Assembly (NCBI RefSeq): GCF_963921235.1
Contig: NC_086109.1
Coordinates: 5,768,001 to 5,832,000, forward strand
Reading direction: 5' to 3'
DNA: 64,000 nt
DNA from: Mobula hypostoma
Taxonomy: Eukaryota
Shown here: positions 25,036-38,896 of the stretch, in pieces
How the letters are laid out: every line of letters begins with the position of its first letter
How positions within the stretch are numbered: position 1 is the stretch's first letter
Notes under the pieces: model-generated
Databases searched by the model: none
What the model was told of the DNA's origin: nothing
What the model saw: the letters and a program-made list of their open reading frames with translations, nothing else
Program-made: the position numbers and the translations under genes

Positions 25036-25330
25036 AGGCATCCGTTAGTCTAGGAAGACCATGGATCTGTGCCTGGAAAGTCTTCTCCCCTGGGCAAGGT
25101 TGTATGGAAGACCAGCAGTTGCCCATGCTGCAAGTCTCCCCTCTCCACGACACCAATGTTGTCCAAGGGAAGGGCATTAGGACCCATACAGCTTGGCACC
25201 AGTGTCATCGCAGAGCAATGTGTGGTTAAGTGTCTTGCTCAAGGACACAACATGCTGCCTTGGCTGGGGCTCAAACTCACAACCTTCAGGTCATTAGTCC
25301 AATGCCTTAACCACTTGGCCACATGCCCAC
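25036..25330 (-). mobile_element. tRNA-derived SINE with an RTE-family-C-like tail
   Basis: Reverse complement of the 25795-26098 element. Confidence 0.8.
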
Positions 25331-25794
25331 CCTGCTAATGAATGACATAATCCACTGTTTGCCTTTTTCATCCTCCTGTCAACCAGTGCTAGTATTTTAA
25401 CAACCTGCGGACGAACACTCCAAGGTCCCACTGTCCCTCCATCCCTTTCAGTATCTACAGTGAGCTCAGCTGAAATATCAAGGCGATCAAGATGACCGCA
25501 CTCCTCTCCACTGCAACCTCAGAGGAATATTTCAATCCAGCAAACAGGTGATCAATTTAATACCACATCGAAAAGGCAGAAGCTCGGTAGGACAGGGCAG
25601 CACGGTAGTATGGCAGTTAGTGTAACGTTATTACAGCACCAGCAACTCAGCTTTATTACCTGCCGCTGTCTGTTAAGTTTTTGTACTTTCTCGCCCATGA
25701 TCACGGAGGTTTCCTCCAGGTGCTCTAATTTCCTCCATATTCCAAAGACTTGCGTGTTTCTCCCCTTTGATTAGATTTTCTCTTTGCTAAGTGT

Positions 25795-26098
25795 TGGCAT
25801 GTGGCCAAGTGGTTAAGGCGTTCGTCTAGTGACCTGAAGGTCGCTAGTTCGAACCTTGGCTGAGGCAGCGTGTGTGTCCTTGAGCAAGGCACTTAACCAC
25901 ACGTTGCTCTGCGACGACACTGGTGCCAAGCTGTATCGGCCCTAGTGTCCTTCCCTTGGACAACATCGGTGGCGTGGAGAGGGGAGACTTGCTGCATGGG
26001 CAACTGCCAGTCTTCCATACAACCTTGGCCAGGCCTGCGCCCTGGAAACCTTCCAAGGCGCAAATCCATGGTTTTACGAGACTAATGGATGCCTATAT
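25795..26098 (+). mobile_element. tRNA-derived SINE with an RTE-family-C-like tail
   Basis: A box TGGCCAAGTGG, B box GTTCGAACC, central GTCCTTGAGCAAGGCACTTAACC. A third copy lies at about 36755-37060 (minus). Confidence 0.8.
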
Positions 26099-28183
26099 CT
26101 CTTCGCTAGCCCTTGACCTTTCCCACCCACCTGGACTCACTTATCACCTTCCTCTTTCCCTTCCACCCCTTCTTTTTTTGTTCCGGCATCTTCCCCCTTC
26201 CTTCTCAGTCCTGAGGATCGGTATCGGCCCAAAGCGTTGACTGCATATGTCTTCCCGTAGGTGCTGACTGACCAGCTGAGTTCTTCCAGCGTAGTACGGG
26301 TCCGTAGGTTAATTGGTCGCGTGGATGTAATTGAGAGGCGTGGGCTCATTGGGCCAGAAGGGCCCTGTTACTGTGCTGCATCTCTTCATAAAAGGTAAAA
26401 TAAAAACAAAAAGTACAGCAGCTCACAGGAGAACTAACCGAAACTCATTGAATCCAACAGCACAGAAACAGGCCATTCGGCCCATCATGCTCATGCTGAC
26501 CACCAAACACCAACCTGCACCAATCCCATTTTGCCTTCTCTCTCCTGGGCGATTCAATAGATACTTCTGTATTTCTTCAAGGCTTTGAGAGTCATTGCAT
26601 CCACCACTCCCTCAGGCCCTTAAACTGTTGAACTTAAGTCACAGTTGTGCCCTGCATTGAGATCCAGGCCCCTGTCAGTCATGGTTGACAGTCAAAAGAA
26701 ACTACTTCATACTTATCCTTGCCCTTCCATCAACCTTTCCCATCAGTCTGCTCTCACAGGCCATTAAGAAACATCTGGACAAGCATATGAATCATGTTTA
26801 AGTCTATTGATCAAGGGTTGGCAGATGGCACCGAGGTAACACACACAAATTGCTGGAGGATCTCAGCAGGTCAGGCAGCGTCACGTTTAGGAGATGCTGT
26901 CTGACCTAATATAGCCAAGTGCATTGGCCAGTCTGGATAAGGTGGGGCGAGGGCTTTCTCTACCATAAAATTCTTGACATTGTCCATTAAATACTTAAAA
27001 GACCAAGTTTTGCAAAACTGTTGTGTATTTGATATTTTAGTTATATTAGCATAACCTTGTAAATTATATATATAGTTTGATTAAGCATTCTTGTTCCCTT
27101 CAATCATTCACTACGGGTAATATGTGTAAATAGCCCGCCTGTGGTGTAGTGGCATCAGCAACAAACTTCGAGGCGAGTGGTTCTGGGTTCGAATCCGGCC
27201 GGCTCCTCGCACACTTTCCGTCCGTGCTGGGTTGAGTGTCGAGTGAGCGACTCAGCCTCATAAAAAACTGACAAATGCTAAAGAAACAACAAGGTTGCCA
27301 CCCGATGCACCACAAGGTGCGGAGAGGAATAGCAACATATATAAATGCATGAATTGCATACATCACCACACTACCATGTGATACAGGTGCGCCTTGCTTA
27401 AAGTAAAGATAAAGTTACACCTGCAGTTTTTCAATCCACATCTTCCTTTTTATTAATTTAATGTTTTGAAGTTATAAAACATAAAAACTGCTTTATATTC
27501 AAAAAAACTTCAGAGATGTTTAATTAACAAGTAATGTTCATTATAAACTTATCTTAATTATGAAGTTATTTCCAGCAATTCTAGTCTTGCAAATTTAGAT
27601 ACAAGAATATGCATGTATACCAGGAAAGACAAATGATGAATAGTGTCAAAGTTTCAGCAAGGCAGTTAGAAATGTACTTGTAATCATTTCATCACATAAA
27701 GCAAGATCTTCCCCAACCATATACATCTTACCAGTGCTGATCGAATAAGCATCACTTAAATAGGCACTTTTATCAGATGTGACTGATAAAAATTGCCAGA
27801 TGATACATAAGTGTATAGTAACTGATGTGCAGATTAGCTTGACAGTGTGAGAAAACTTGGTTCGGTAGATAAAGATGTGTGGGGTCCAGTGCGATTTGTA
27901 GGTTTGGATTCAGAACTTGCTCACTCACAGAAAACAGAATCTGGGGTGGAAGTCTGTTCCTCTGGCTAAAGGTCCGTGACCAGTACCGTTCCACAAGACT
28001 GGTGCTGGGACCTCTGCTGTTTGAGATATATATCAATGATTTGATAAAAATGTAGATCAGAATCAGAATCAGGTTTAATATCACTAGTGTATTTCGTGAA
28101 ATTTGTTAACTTTGCGGTAGCACTACAATGCAATACACGATAAATAAACAAAAAAACTGAATTACACTAAGCATATATACATA

Positions 28184-28513
28184 CAAGGGGCGATTGATAA
28201 GTTCGTGGCCTAGGGTAGACGGCGATGGGTTATACAGCTCTTGTTACATGCACATGCAGTTCAACTCTTCGAGTGAAAATGCAGAAAGTTTGAAGTTAAT
28301 AACTCATCTCCTTCTAACTTAGGCCATCAACTTATCAATCACCCCTGCTGCGGACCACTTCTGGAGGTACAAGACGCCGACTTCTACAAAGAAATGATCC
28401 GTATGCTCCACGACCGCTGGACTAAGTGTGTAAATGTAGGAAAAATAAATGTGCTAGATTTTCTAAAATTGACTCCTTCTATCTTAGGCCATGAACTTAT
28501 CAATCACTCCTCG
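28184..28513 (+). mobile_element. Non-autonomous mariner derivative
   Basis: Flanked by TA. TIRs CAAGGGGCGATTGATAAGTTCGTGGCCTA / TAGGCCATGAACTTATCAATCACTCCTCG. Transposase C-terminal remnant LEVQDADFYKEMIRMLHDRWTKCVNVG. Confidence 0.85.
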
Positions 28514-31309
28514 TATATTAAATAGTTAAGTAGTGCAAAAAATAAAATTTAAAGAAAAGCAGTGAGATAGTGTTCATGGGTTCAATGTCCATTTAGGAAT
28601 CCAATGGCAGAGGGGAAGAAGCTGTTCCTGAAACGCTGAGTGTGTGTCTTCAGGCTTCTGTACCTCCTTCCTGATGGTAACAATGAGAAGAGGACATGTC
28701 CTGGGTGGTGGGCCCTTGAAGACAGAAGCCACTTTTCCGAGACACTGCTCCTTGAAGGTGTTTTGGATACTACGGATGGGTGGGTTAGCAAGTTTGTGGA
28801 TGGCACCAAAATTTGGTGGAATTTTAAAGGACAACTGTCAAGGAAATTAAAGTTGTCTAAGACATTGGCAAGGCCTAATTTGGAGTATTGTGTGCAGTTT
28901 TGGTTACAGGAAAGATGTAAATAAGGTTAAAAGAGTACAGAGAAAACTTACAAGAATGTTGCTGGGTCTGGAGGACCTGAGTTATAAAGAAACTTTGAAT
29001 AGGTTAGGACTTTATTCCTTAGAATGTAGAGAGGAGATTTGATAGAGGTATATAAAATTACAAGAGGTACAGACAGGGTAAATGCAAGCAGGCTGAGGTT
29101 GGCTGAGACTACAACCCGAGGTCAAGGGTTAAGGATGAAAGGTTTGAGGCGTAACTTCTTCAATCAGAGGGTCGTGAGAATATGAAACAAGCTGCTTGTT
29201 CAATTGGTGCATGCTGACTCATTTTCATCATTTAAGAGAAGTTTGGATAGGTACATGAATGGTAGGGATATGGAGGGCCACGATCCTGGTGCAGGCCGAT
29301 GAGAGTAGGCAGTTTAGATGGTTCAGAATGGACTTGATGGACAGAAGGGCCTATTTTCTGACCTGAACTTTTCTGACTCTATGATTATCCAAGAATACAG
29401 TGGGATATACATAGGCCAGTAATCAGTGTACCATGGAGAGCACTCTAACCAGCTGCATCGGCTGCTGGTATGGAGGGGCCACTGAACAGGGCTGGAAAGA
29501 ACTGCAGGAAGTTGTAAACTCAGCAAGTTCCCTCATGGGCACTAGCCTCCCCAGCATCCATCATTAAGGACCCCTTTCACCCAGGGCATGCCCTTTTCTC
29601 ATTGCTACAATCGAGGAGGAACATGAGCCTGAAGACATACGCTCAACGTTTCAGGAACAGCTTATTCCCTTCCGCCATCAGATTTCTGAATGGACAATAA
29701 ACCCATGAACACTACCTCTCTTTTCGCACTACTTAATTAATTTTTTAAATATATGTTTCTTTTCGTAATTTATAGTTTTCTTATTATTATGTATTGCAAT
29801 GTACTGCTGCCATAACACAACAAATTTCACAACATATGCCAGTGATATTAAACCTGATTCTGATATGGGCAGAGAAGAGGCAGATGAAGTTTAAACTGGG
29901 TACGTGTGAGGTGCTGCATAATAGGATATCAAATAAAAGGAGGAAATATTCATTGATGGTAGACTCCTTAACTACACTGAGGGAAATAATGATCTTGGGG
30001 TCCAACTCCATAGTCTTCTGAAAGAGATAAGGTGATTTAAGAATGTGTTTAGCATGCTTGCCTTCGTTGGTAGGGGTGCTGAGTATAAAAGTAAGGAAGC
30101 CTATGTAAAACATTAGTCGGAGTCTAATTAGAGTCAAAATCAGATCAGAATCAGATTTAATGCCAGCAGCATGTCATGAATTTTGTTAACCTCGTGGCAG
30201 CAGTACAATGCAATATATAATAAATATAGAAATTGAATTACAGTATATATATGTGTGTGTGTGTGTGTGTATTAAATAGTGAATTTAAAATAGGTACTAT
30301 AAAAATAGAAGTAAAGAAAAGTAGTGAGGAAATGTTCATGGGTTCAGTGTCCATTCAGAAATCAGATGGCAGAGGGGAAAAAGCTGGTCCTGAATCATTG
30401 AGTGTGTGTCTTCAGGCTTCTGTACCTCCTTCCTGATGGTAGCAATGAGAACAGGGCAAGTCCTGGGTAGTTGGGGGTCCCTCAGTTTAGACTGGCAGAT
30501 GTTCACCCTCCTTCCCCATCCTGAAGTTGACAATTTAGTTTTGCAGGAGAGACCGTCAATATGGCACCACTTAACCAGTAATCCGATCTTGTTTCTGTAT
30601 GCTGACTCATTACTAGCCGCAATGGCAGCCGAGCCACCAGCGAGCTTGCAGATGGCATTGAACACTGCAATCCTGCGTGTTTAGAGAGCAGAGCGGGACA
30701 CTAAGTAGAAGGCATGGAGGTCCGCCACATTGATTGCCAGCAAGGAGGAAATACTGTTACCAATCCACATGGATTGAGGTCTTCCAATGAGGAAATCCAA
30801 TATCCAGTTGCAGAGGAGGTACAGAGGCCCAGGTCTAGAATGAAAAGATTGGAGCAGCTGATTGTGCTCAACACTGAGCTGTAATCTTTGAACATTATCT
30901 AACATTTTAGTTCTCATTGACAAGATGGTTCAGAGCAGAACGACGAGCCAGAGAGATCACATCTGCTGTCTACCTGTTGTGGTGTTAGGAAAATTGGAGC
31001 AGATCCCGGAGTTTACCACAATACTGCCTGGATTAGAGGTATGACGCATAAGGAAACGTTGGGCAAACTTGCGTTCTTCTTCCTGGAGCGTCGGAGCCTG
31101 AGGAGAGACCTCGCAGAGGTTTTTAAAAATGAGAGGCATAGGTAGGGTAGGCAGTCAGAATTTCATTCCAGGATAGAGATGGAAAGCACATGAGGACGTG
31201 CTTTGAAGGTTAGAGAGGGGGAAAATTTAAAGGTGTTTTAATGACAGTGAGTCAGGGCATGGAAAGAACTATCAAGGATAGTGGTGGAAGCTGATAGCTT
31301 GATGGAGTT

Positions 31310-32287
31310 AGATAGATAGATAGATAGATATACTTTATTGATCCCGAGGGAAATTGGGTTTCGTTACAGCCACACCAACCAAGAATAGAGCATAAATATA
31401 GCAATACAAAAACCACAAACAATCAAACAACAAAATGCAAACTATGCCAGATGGGAAGTAAGTCCAGGACCAGCCTATTGGCTCAGGGTGTCTGACCCTC
31501 CACGGGAGGAGCTGCAAGTTCGATGGCCACAGGCAGGAACGACCTCCCGTGCCGTCCAGTGTTGTACCTCGGTGGAATATGGCGAAGTCCAACAGTAAAA
31601 AGTTCAATATCCGGTCTACAAACACGTTCCTTGATCGTAATATGACCCGGATTGCACCATCTGTTGTTAACCAGAACAGTAAACACCCAACTCCTTTACG
31701 CTTACCGCTCTCAGTGCACTTCCGGTCAGCCAGAACGGTCTGGAAGCTGTCCATGGAAAAGTTTTGATCGGGTATGTCCTCGTGCAGCCCCGTTCCAGTG
31801 AAACACATAACACTGCACTCCCGAAATGTTCTCTGATGCCTGGCTAGCGCCGTGAACTCGTCCATTTTATTACCCACTGAACTCCTCTTCTCCATAAGTC
31901 TCCGTTGTCTCGACCTGGTCCTCTCTCCTCGACTTTGTGATCCCCCTCTGCATCCTCTGTGTGTTTTCCTCCAGATTTCAGCAGGGGTGTCCGCCACTCT
32001 GCTCGCTAAACCGGCCGGCATAAGTGCAAGCAGCTGGTCACTGGAATAAATAATGCGACCATGCTTCTGTCCCGCTAATGAGACGTGTCGGAATGTAACT
32101 ATTTCTAGTGCTAAAAACCCAAATAAAACTATCTCTACCAGCATGTTAGAGAGGGTGCAGCTTCGAGGTGTTACCGCGAGAAAAAAAATACAAAAAATAA
32201 CGTAAGTTAAAAAGTAAGAAGAGAAAAAGTAAGAATACTGATAGGAATGGCTGTAACAGGCTGCATGCACGACCGGCGCATGCGCAC
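31310..32287 (-). mobile_element. Internally deleted Rex1/Babar-type LINE inserted in CR1
   Basis: 5' UTR plus AP-endonuclease N-terminus (NKMDE...RECSVMCFT; VNNRWCN..I...C.PDIEL) fused directly to the ORF C-terminus (RHGRSFLPVAI) and a (TATC)n tail. Confidence 0.75.
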
Positions 32288-35189
32288 TAGAGGCTTTTAG
32301 ACAGACACCTGAACATGAAATGAATGGAGGGACGTGGATGACAAACCAGAGAAGGACATTTAATATAAATTGGCATTGAGATAGACACAACACTGTGGGC
32401 TGAATGGCCTGTCCAGTGCTATGTTCTTGCTCCTATTGAAAAGTAACCAGGAAACAGTAACCCGTCCCAGCAGGGTGTAGAAAGAGTGCACACGGAACAA
32501 TTCAAGATTCGAGATACAAGATGGCTTGGGGAGTTAACTGTTTTTGAGTCTGGTAATCCTGGCATGCCCAGAGACAAAGATTGAAGCAGGGTCGGGGGTA
32601 AACCATTCTGGCCCCATACCTCCTCTGTCAATAAACAAGACCGTGGTTGACCCTATGGCATTCTATGTCAACATTCTGACTGACTGCATCACTCCCTGGT
32701 TTACAACTCCGTGTAGAGGAACTTCTTTCAACCCCGTGCAGAGGAGCCTGGCACAGGATTGAAAGAGGCTTCAAAGGATTGTAAACTCAGCCAACTCCAT
32801 CATGGCCACTAGCCGCCCCAGCACTGAAGACGTCTGTAAAAGCTGGAGCCTCAAGAAGGAACCATCCATCGTTGAGAATCCTCACTATCCCAGGACATGT
32901 TCCCTTCTCATTACTACCATTGGGGAGGAGGTACAGGAGCCTGCAGATACACACTCAAAATTTTAGAAACAGCTTCTTCCTCTCTGCCATCAGATTTCTG
33001 AACAGTCCATGAACCCGTGAACACTACCTCACAAGTTTGCTCTCTTTTTTGTGCTACTTATTAATGTTTTTATTTTTCTTATTTATATTGTATATCTTGC
33101 ACTGTACTGCTGCGACAAAACAACAATTTGCATGACATTAATCAGTGATAATAAACACAGTTCTGATTCTGATATCTCAATTTTTTGTTCTAATTATTTT
33201 CATCCTCATAAAATATGTATACTTTATACTAATTTTTTCTTGCACCTGTCAGGCCTGCACAGGCAGGCACTTCCCAGTCACCTGCCACTCATTTCCAACT
33301 CATCACCTGCAGCCTATTAAAACCCAGCTCTTATCCACATTCCGTGTTCAACCCAAGGAACCAGTCAGTGGCTCCTTACTTCCAGTTACCTTGTTGTGTT
33401 AATATATCCATTCTGTCTTGTTTTGTGGCCCCTCATGACTTGTTATTTTGCAGTTTATTATTAAAGTGATTATTCATCAGTAATCATCTCCTCTACTCTG
33501 TGTTTAGGTCACGCCTCCACTATGTTTCAGCACATAGTGAAGACGCATGTGACAGTTAACTCTACCTGCCTGCACAATTTCCAAACCCTTTACAACTAGA
33601 GATCCACAAGACTTAGAGTTGAAATTAACAAATGATTGAACATCCACAACTGGTTGGGTTAGTGAATTCCAAGTTCAGAAGTTCAAAGTTCAAAGTAAAT
33701 TTATTATCAAAGCATGTATATGTCACCCTGAGGTTCTTATTTTTTTTGTAAATACAAAGAAACACAATAGAATCAATGAAACACTACACATGACAGGGAT
33801 GGAAAAACAACCAACATGCAAAAGACAATATAGTGTGCAAATACAAAAACAAAGGGAGAAAAAGCAATAAATATTGAGAACATGAGTTGTAGAGTCCTTA
33901 AAAGTGAATCCATAAGTTGTGGAATCAGTTCATTGTTGGGGTGAGTGAAGTTATCCAGGCTGGTCCTGGGCCCTGATGATTGAAGAGGTCATAACTGTTC
34001 CTAAGCCTAGTGGTGTGAGATGTAAATCCCCTGCACCTTCTTCCTGATGTCAGCAGTGAGAAGAGAGCAGAGCTTGGATGTGGAGGTCCTCAGTGATAGA
34101 TTCTATTTGTGATAGCGCTGCATGCAGATGTGCTCAATGGTGAGGAGTGCCTTACCTGCAATGGACTGGGCCGTATCCATTACTTCTTGTAAGATTTTCC
34201 ATTTTTGGGCATTGGTGTTTCCATACCTGTCCTTAATGCAACCAGTCAGGATACTCCCCATCACTCATCTATGGATGCTTGTCAAACTTTTAGACGAAAT
34301 GCCAAATCCGAGCAAACTCATATAACAAAACCTGCAGTCATCGAAGGACACAGCGCTGAGCTGAACTGAACTAAACTGTACGTTCCTAGCCCGTTTTGCT
34401 GTTTGCATGATTTGTTCTTTTTTTCATGGGTAGGGTGTTTGATGCTTTCTTTGAATGAGTTCCACGGTGTTTCTGTGTTTCATGGCTGCCTGCAGGAGGA
34501 TGAGACGCAGGGTTGTATACTCTATACATACCTTGATAATAAATGCACTTTGAATCTTTGAAAGCAAAGACACTCCAAAGATTCAGTCCTGATGCAGTGT
34601 CTTGACTCCAAATGTCGACCATCCCTCTGCCTCCACAGATACCGCCTGACCCACTGAGTTCCTCCGGCTGTTTTTGTTTGCTCCAGATTCCAGCCTCTGA
34701 GGTCTCTTATGTTTTCCTCATCTCCTCTCCACCCCCATTGCTCAAACCCCTATTAGAGTGTGCTCTTGGGGTGCAGCCTTTTGACCAAGGCTACATGGCC
34801 ACTCATCACAGCTTGTTGCGATCCAGTCCCATTGTTCCGGCAGCTAGGGTCCAATCCTGACCTCGGGTCGGTCTGGCGTCCGCATGGAGCTTACATGCTC
34901 TCCCTGTGACCATGTGGGTCTCCACCAGTTCCTCTGGTTCCCTCCCAGATCCCAGCGCTGTGACGTTTGGTGGGTTAATTGGTTGCATGGGTGAGTGGTA
35001 GGACCAGGGAGGATCAGACGGGAGCGGGGAGAATAACACAGGAAAACGAGACCAATGAGAAGGGCTGAATATCATAAGGAAATTCAGGTAATATCTCCAG
35101 ACTCTTGTTTTCTTTGCTGTTTCTTCCTAGCACCATATCAAGCACCAAGCAGTCATCAATCCTATTTACCTCTAGCCTAACCACAGGTC

Positions 35190-35395
35190 CAGCCGGCTGG
35201 TGGCATAATGGCATCAGCGCCGGACTTCGGAGCGAAGACTCCCGAGTTCGAATCCAGCCGGCTCCCTTGCACGTTTTCCATCCGTGCTGGGTTGAGCGTC
35301 AAGCTAGCAACTTGGCCTCGTAAAAGTAAGAAAGCCTGCTAAAAAAGCGCGTCCCGATGACTCCACTCGGAGTTAAGGGCTGTCTTCTTCTTCTT
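35190..35395 (+). mobile_element. Second tRNA-derived SINE family
   Basis: TGGCATAATGG A box and GTTCGAATCC B box. Homologous copy at about 27134-27335. Confidence 0.7.
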
Positions 35396-37614
35396 TAACC
35401 ACAGGTCCACTTGCAATGACTAATTAACCTACTATCCGATGTGCCTTTGGATCACAAGAGGAAACTGGCATACCCAGCGGTAACTCATGCGTTCATGGGG
35501 AGCACATGCTAACTCTTTGCAGACGGCACTGGAATTGAAGTCTGAACTCGAACACCCCGAGCCATAACAGCGTCGTGCTGACCGCTACGCTTCCGTGGTC
35601 CTCCCACTACTGTCAAGTCTACAATACTGAGTCCATCGGAATTATCAGTGCTGTCCTCCTAGGATTATGATTGTGATTCACCATCGCATGAGCGGCCATG
35701 CTGTCTCAAGAGTCACATAAAGGGACAAAGTACTACGAGAGTCTGTTTTCTTTTCTGAAGCCATTACGTGACCTTAATCCACATCAGTCACTTTCCCTTT
35801 TGTGGCTGTTGATTTCTGTTGAGTCATTTGCTTGCCTATCTGAGAGAATATTTTCCTATCGTACAGCTCAGCTCCCTGCTGCCCCGTCCCCTTCAAAACA
35901 CATCCCTGTCACCAGCATGGTAGCTAAAGGCAAGTCCTCCAGCTTCATTAGGGAGTACACCAGCGCAATGAAGAGTGACTAGTCCCTGGAAACTCATGCC
36001 TCACATTTATTACCATAGCAGCAGAGGAAGAAAGCGAGAGAGAGAGGTTAAAGCAATTGTAAGTTCAAACGATTTCCCCCAAAGATGTTCATTGAAGTAG
36101 ATATTAATTGACAATCAGGTGTTTTTAAGAAATGAGGCAGGAGCCTTACATGTGGTCACTTTGTTTTACTTTCTTACTCATTCTTCCACAGAGGTGTCAG
36201 CTCAAAGGAGGGAGGAAAATAAGGGCAGTTACTTGCATTTCCCAGAGCCAGTTAATCAGAGTAACACACACAAAATGCTCAAGGAACTCAGCAGGCCAGG
36301 CAGCGTCTATGGAAGAGGAGGTCGGAGTTAACATTTCGTGCTGACCTCCAGCAGGACCTCAACCATGTCGTGGTTTGGAGGCTTGCGTGCCTCAGTGACC
36401 CGGAGAGCTATGCTGGCTGGAGTCAGGGCTTTGTGCTTTGGCTCTTGGTAGGGTCACCCAGGCCAAACAGGTCAAAGGGTAGAGGACAGACTAAGAGATG
36501 GTCCACTGGACCCTCCAGGTTCGGGGGTTCAGCTCAGGACTGACAACGCTGACTGGTAAAACAAAATTGTTACGGAAACAGCAATGAATAACCCTTCTAC
36601 ATCTGAGTGTGACGGTATTCCTGAGTCTCCACCTGGGACTTATATGACTGACAGTAGCGAAAATCAAGAGGAAGCTACTGACATCATGAAGAAAGTCCTG
36701 AGCACCACCAGAGACGGAGGACTTTCATTGCTGATCTAAACGCCAGTGGCATAAAAGCATCCATTAGTCTCGTGAGACCATGGATCTGCGCCTGGAAAGT
36801 CTTCACTCTCCAGGGCGCAGGCCTGAGCAAGGTTGTAAGGAAGACCAGCAGTTGCCCATGCTGCAAGTCTCCCCTCTCCATGACACTAATGTTGTCCAAG
36901 GGAAGGGCATTAGGACCCATACAGCTTGGCACCAGTGTTGTCACAGAGCAATGTGTGATTAAGTGCCTTGCTCAAGGACACAACACGCTGCCTCGGATGG
37001 GGCTCGAACTCACAACCATCAGATCACTAGTCGAACGCCTTAACCACGGCCACGTGCCCACACCATAACAGGCAGTAAGTTTTGGGCTGAGATCCTTCAT
37101 CAGGACTGGAAAGGAAACGGGAAGAAGCCAAAAGTTAATTACATTCCTCTGATGTCCATCACTCATGGTGATGGAGTGCTTCAAGAAGTTGGTCATGAAG
37201 CGTATCTACCCCAGGCTGAGGAGTGAGCTGAATCCACTCCAATTTGCCTACTATCACAACAGGTCCACAGCAAGTGCCATCACCCAGCTCTGGAACACCA
37301 TCGCACACTCCCAGGGTCAGACACAGAGTGAAGCTCCCTCTACACTGGACAACGAAGCCTGGGGCCCACAGCTCCAGGTTCAGGAACATTTATTACCCCA
37401 CAACCATCAGGTGTGGATGACTAACTCACCAGTACTCTGAACAATTTAATGACCTACACGCTCACTTTCAAGGACTTCTTACAACTCATGTTCTTGGTAT
37501 TATTTTTATCTGCACAGTTTGTCTTTTCTATTAATTTACTGAGATACAACGTGGAATTGGCCCTTCTGGCCCTTTGAGCACTGCCACCCAGCAACCCTCT
37601 GTTTAACCCAGGCC

Positions 37615-37700
37615 CAGGGGTTCACAACCTTATTTATGCCATGGACTCTTACTATCAACTGAGGGGTCCATGGACACGGACCCCAGGCTGGGAACCCCTG
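37615..37700. mobile_element. 86-bp hAT-type MITE inside a V-SINE
   Basis: CAGGGGTTC...GAACCCCTG termini; degenerate 8-bp TSD CCCAGGCC/CCCTAGCT. Confidence 0.7.
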
Positions 37701-38324
37701 CCCTAGCTAATCATGCGGCAATTTATAGTGACCAATTAACCTACTAATTATATGGGAGGCAGGGTTTGAGGGTCGGCGCAACATCGTGGGCCGAAGGGCC
37801 TGTACTGTGCTGTACTGTTCTATGTTCTATGTTCTAACTGGTACATCTTTGGACTGTGGGAGGAAACCAGTGGAGCAAATCCACACATTCCACAGGGAGG
37901 AAATATTTCTTCCTTACCGATGACATTGCGACTGAAATTTGAGCTCCGTTGCCCGAAGCTGTAGTCGCGTCGCACTAACTGCTCCACTACTGTGGCGTCG
38001 GGGCAGCCCTACTGTCTCCTCTTGCACATTGGTTGCTTGTTAATCTTTGTCTGTTATGTGTAGTTCTTTTTTTGTAAAATTCTACTGTATTTCTTTTTTC
38101 TTGCAAGAAAGTCAGTCTCAAGGTAGTATCATACTGTACTTTGGTAATACATTTATTTTGAACTTTGAACTTTGATGTGCGTTTTTCAATTCTTCCCAAT
38201 AGAAAGAGTTTCTCTTTGTATAAATCCTAGTCTTACCTTCCTCCACACTCAGATAAACATTGGCAAGATCACACTGGGAGCACTGTGTACAGTACCGGCT
38301 GCCCTTTTATGGGAAAGGCATCAT

Positions 38325-38896
38325 GGCGATGTAATGATGCAGCTCTATAAAACTCTGGTTAGGCTACATTTGGAGTAATGTGTCCATTTCTGGTCACCTC
38401 ACTGTAGGAAGGATGTGGAAGCATTGGAAAGGGTACAGAGGAGATTTACCAGGGTGCTGCCTGGTTTAGAGAGTATGCATTATGATCAGAGATTAAGGGA
38501 GTTAGGGCTTTACTCTTTGGAGAGAAGGAGGATGAGAGGAGACATGATAGAGGTGTACAAGATAATAAGAGGAATAGATAGAGTGGACAGCCAGCGCCTC
38601 TTCCCCAGGGCACCACTGCTCAATACAAGAGGACATGACTTTAAGGTAAGGGGTGGGAAGTTCAAGGGGGATATTAGAGGAAGGTTTTTTACTCAGAGAG
38701 TGGTTGGTGCGTGGAATGCACTGCCTGAGTCAGTGGTGGAGGCAGATACACTAGTGAAATTTAAGAGATTACTAGACAGGTATATGGAGGAATTTAAGGT
38801 GGCGGGTTATATGGGAGGCAGGGTTTAAGGGTAGGCACAACATTGTGGGCCGAAGGGCCTGTACTGTGCTGTACTGTTCTATGTTCTATGTTCTAT
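38325..38896 (+). mobile_element. Young CR1 LINE 3' end
   Basis: Nearly open ORF2 C-terminus (LERVQRRFTR...RGHDFKVRGGKF...FFTQRVVGAWNALP) and (TTCTATG)n tail. Confidence 0.9.

Noticed and set aside
25795..25870. tRNA-like sequences here and at 27134 and 35190
   Set aside because: They have A/B boxes but continue into multi-copy SINE bodies; these are SINE heads, not tRNA genes.
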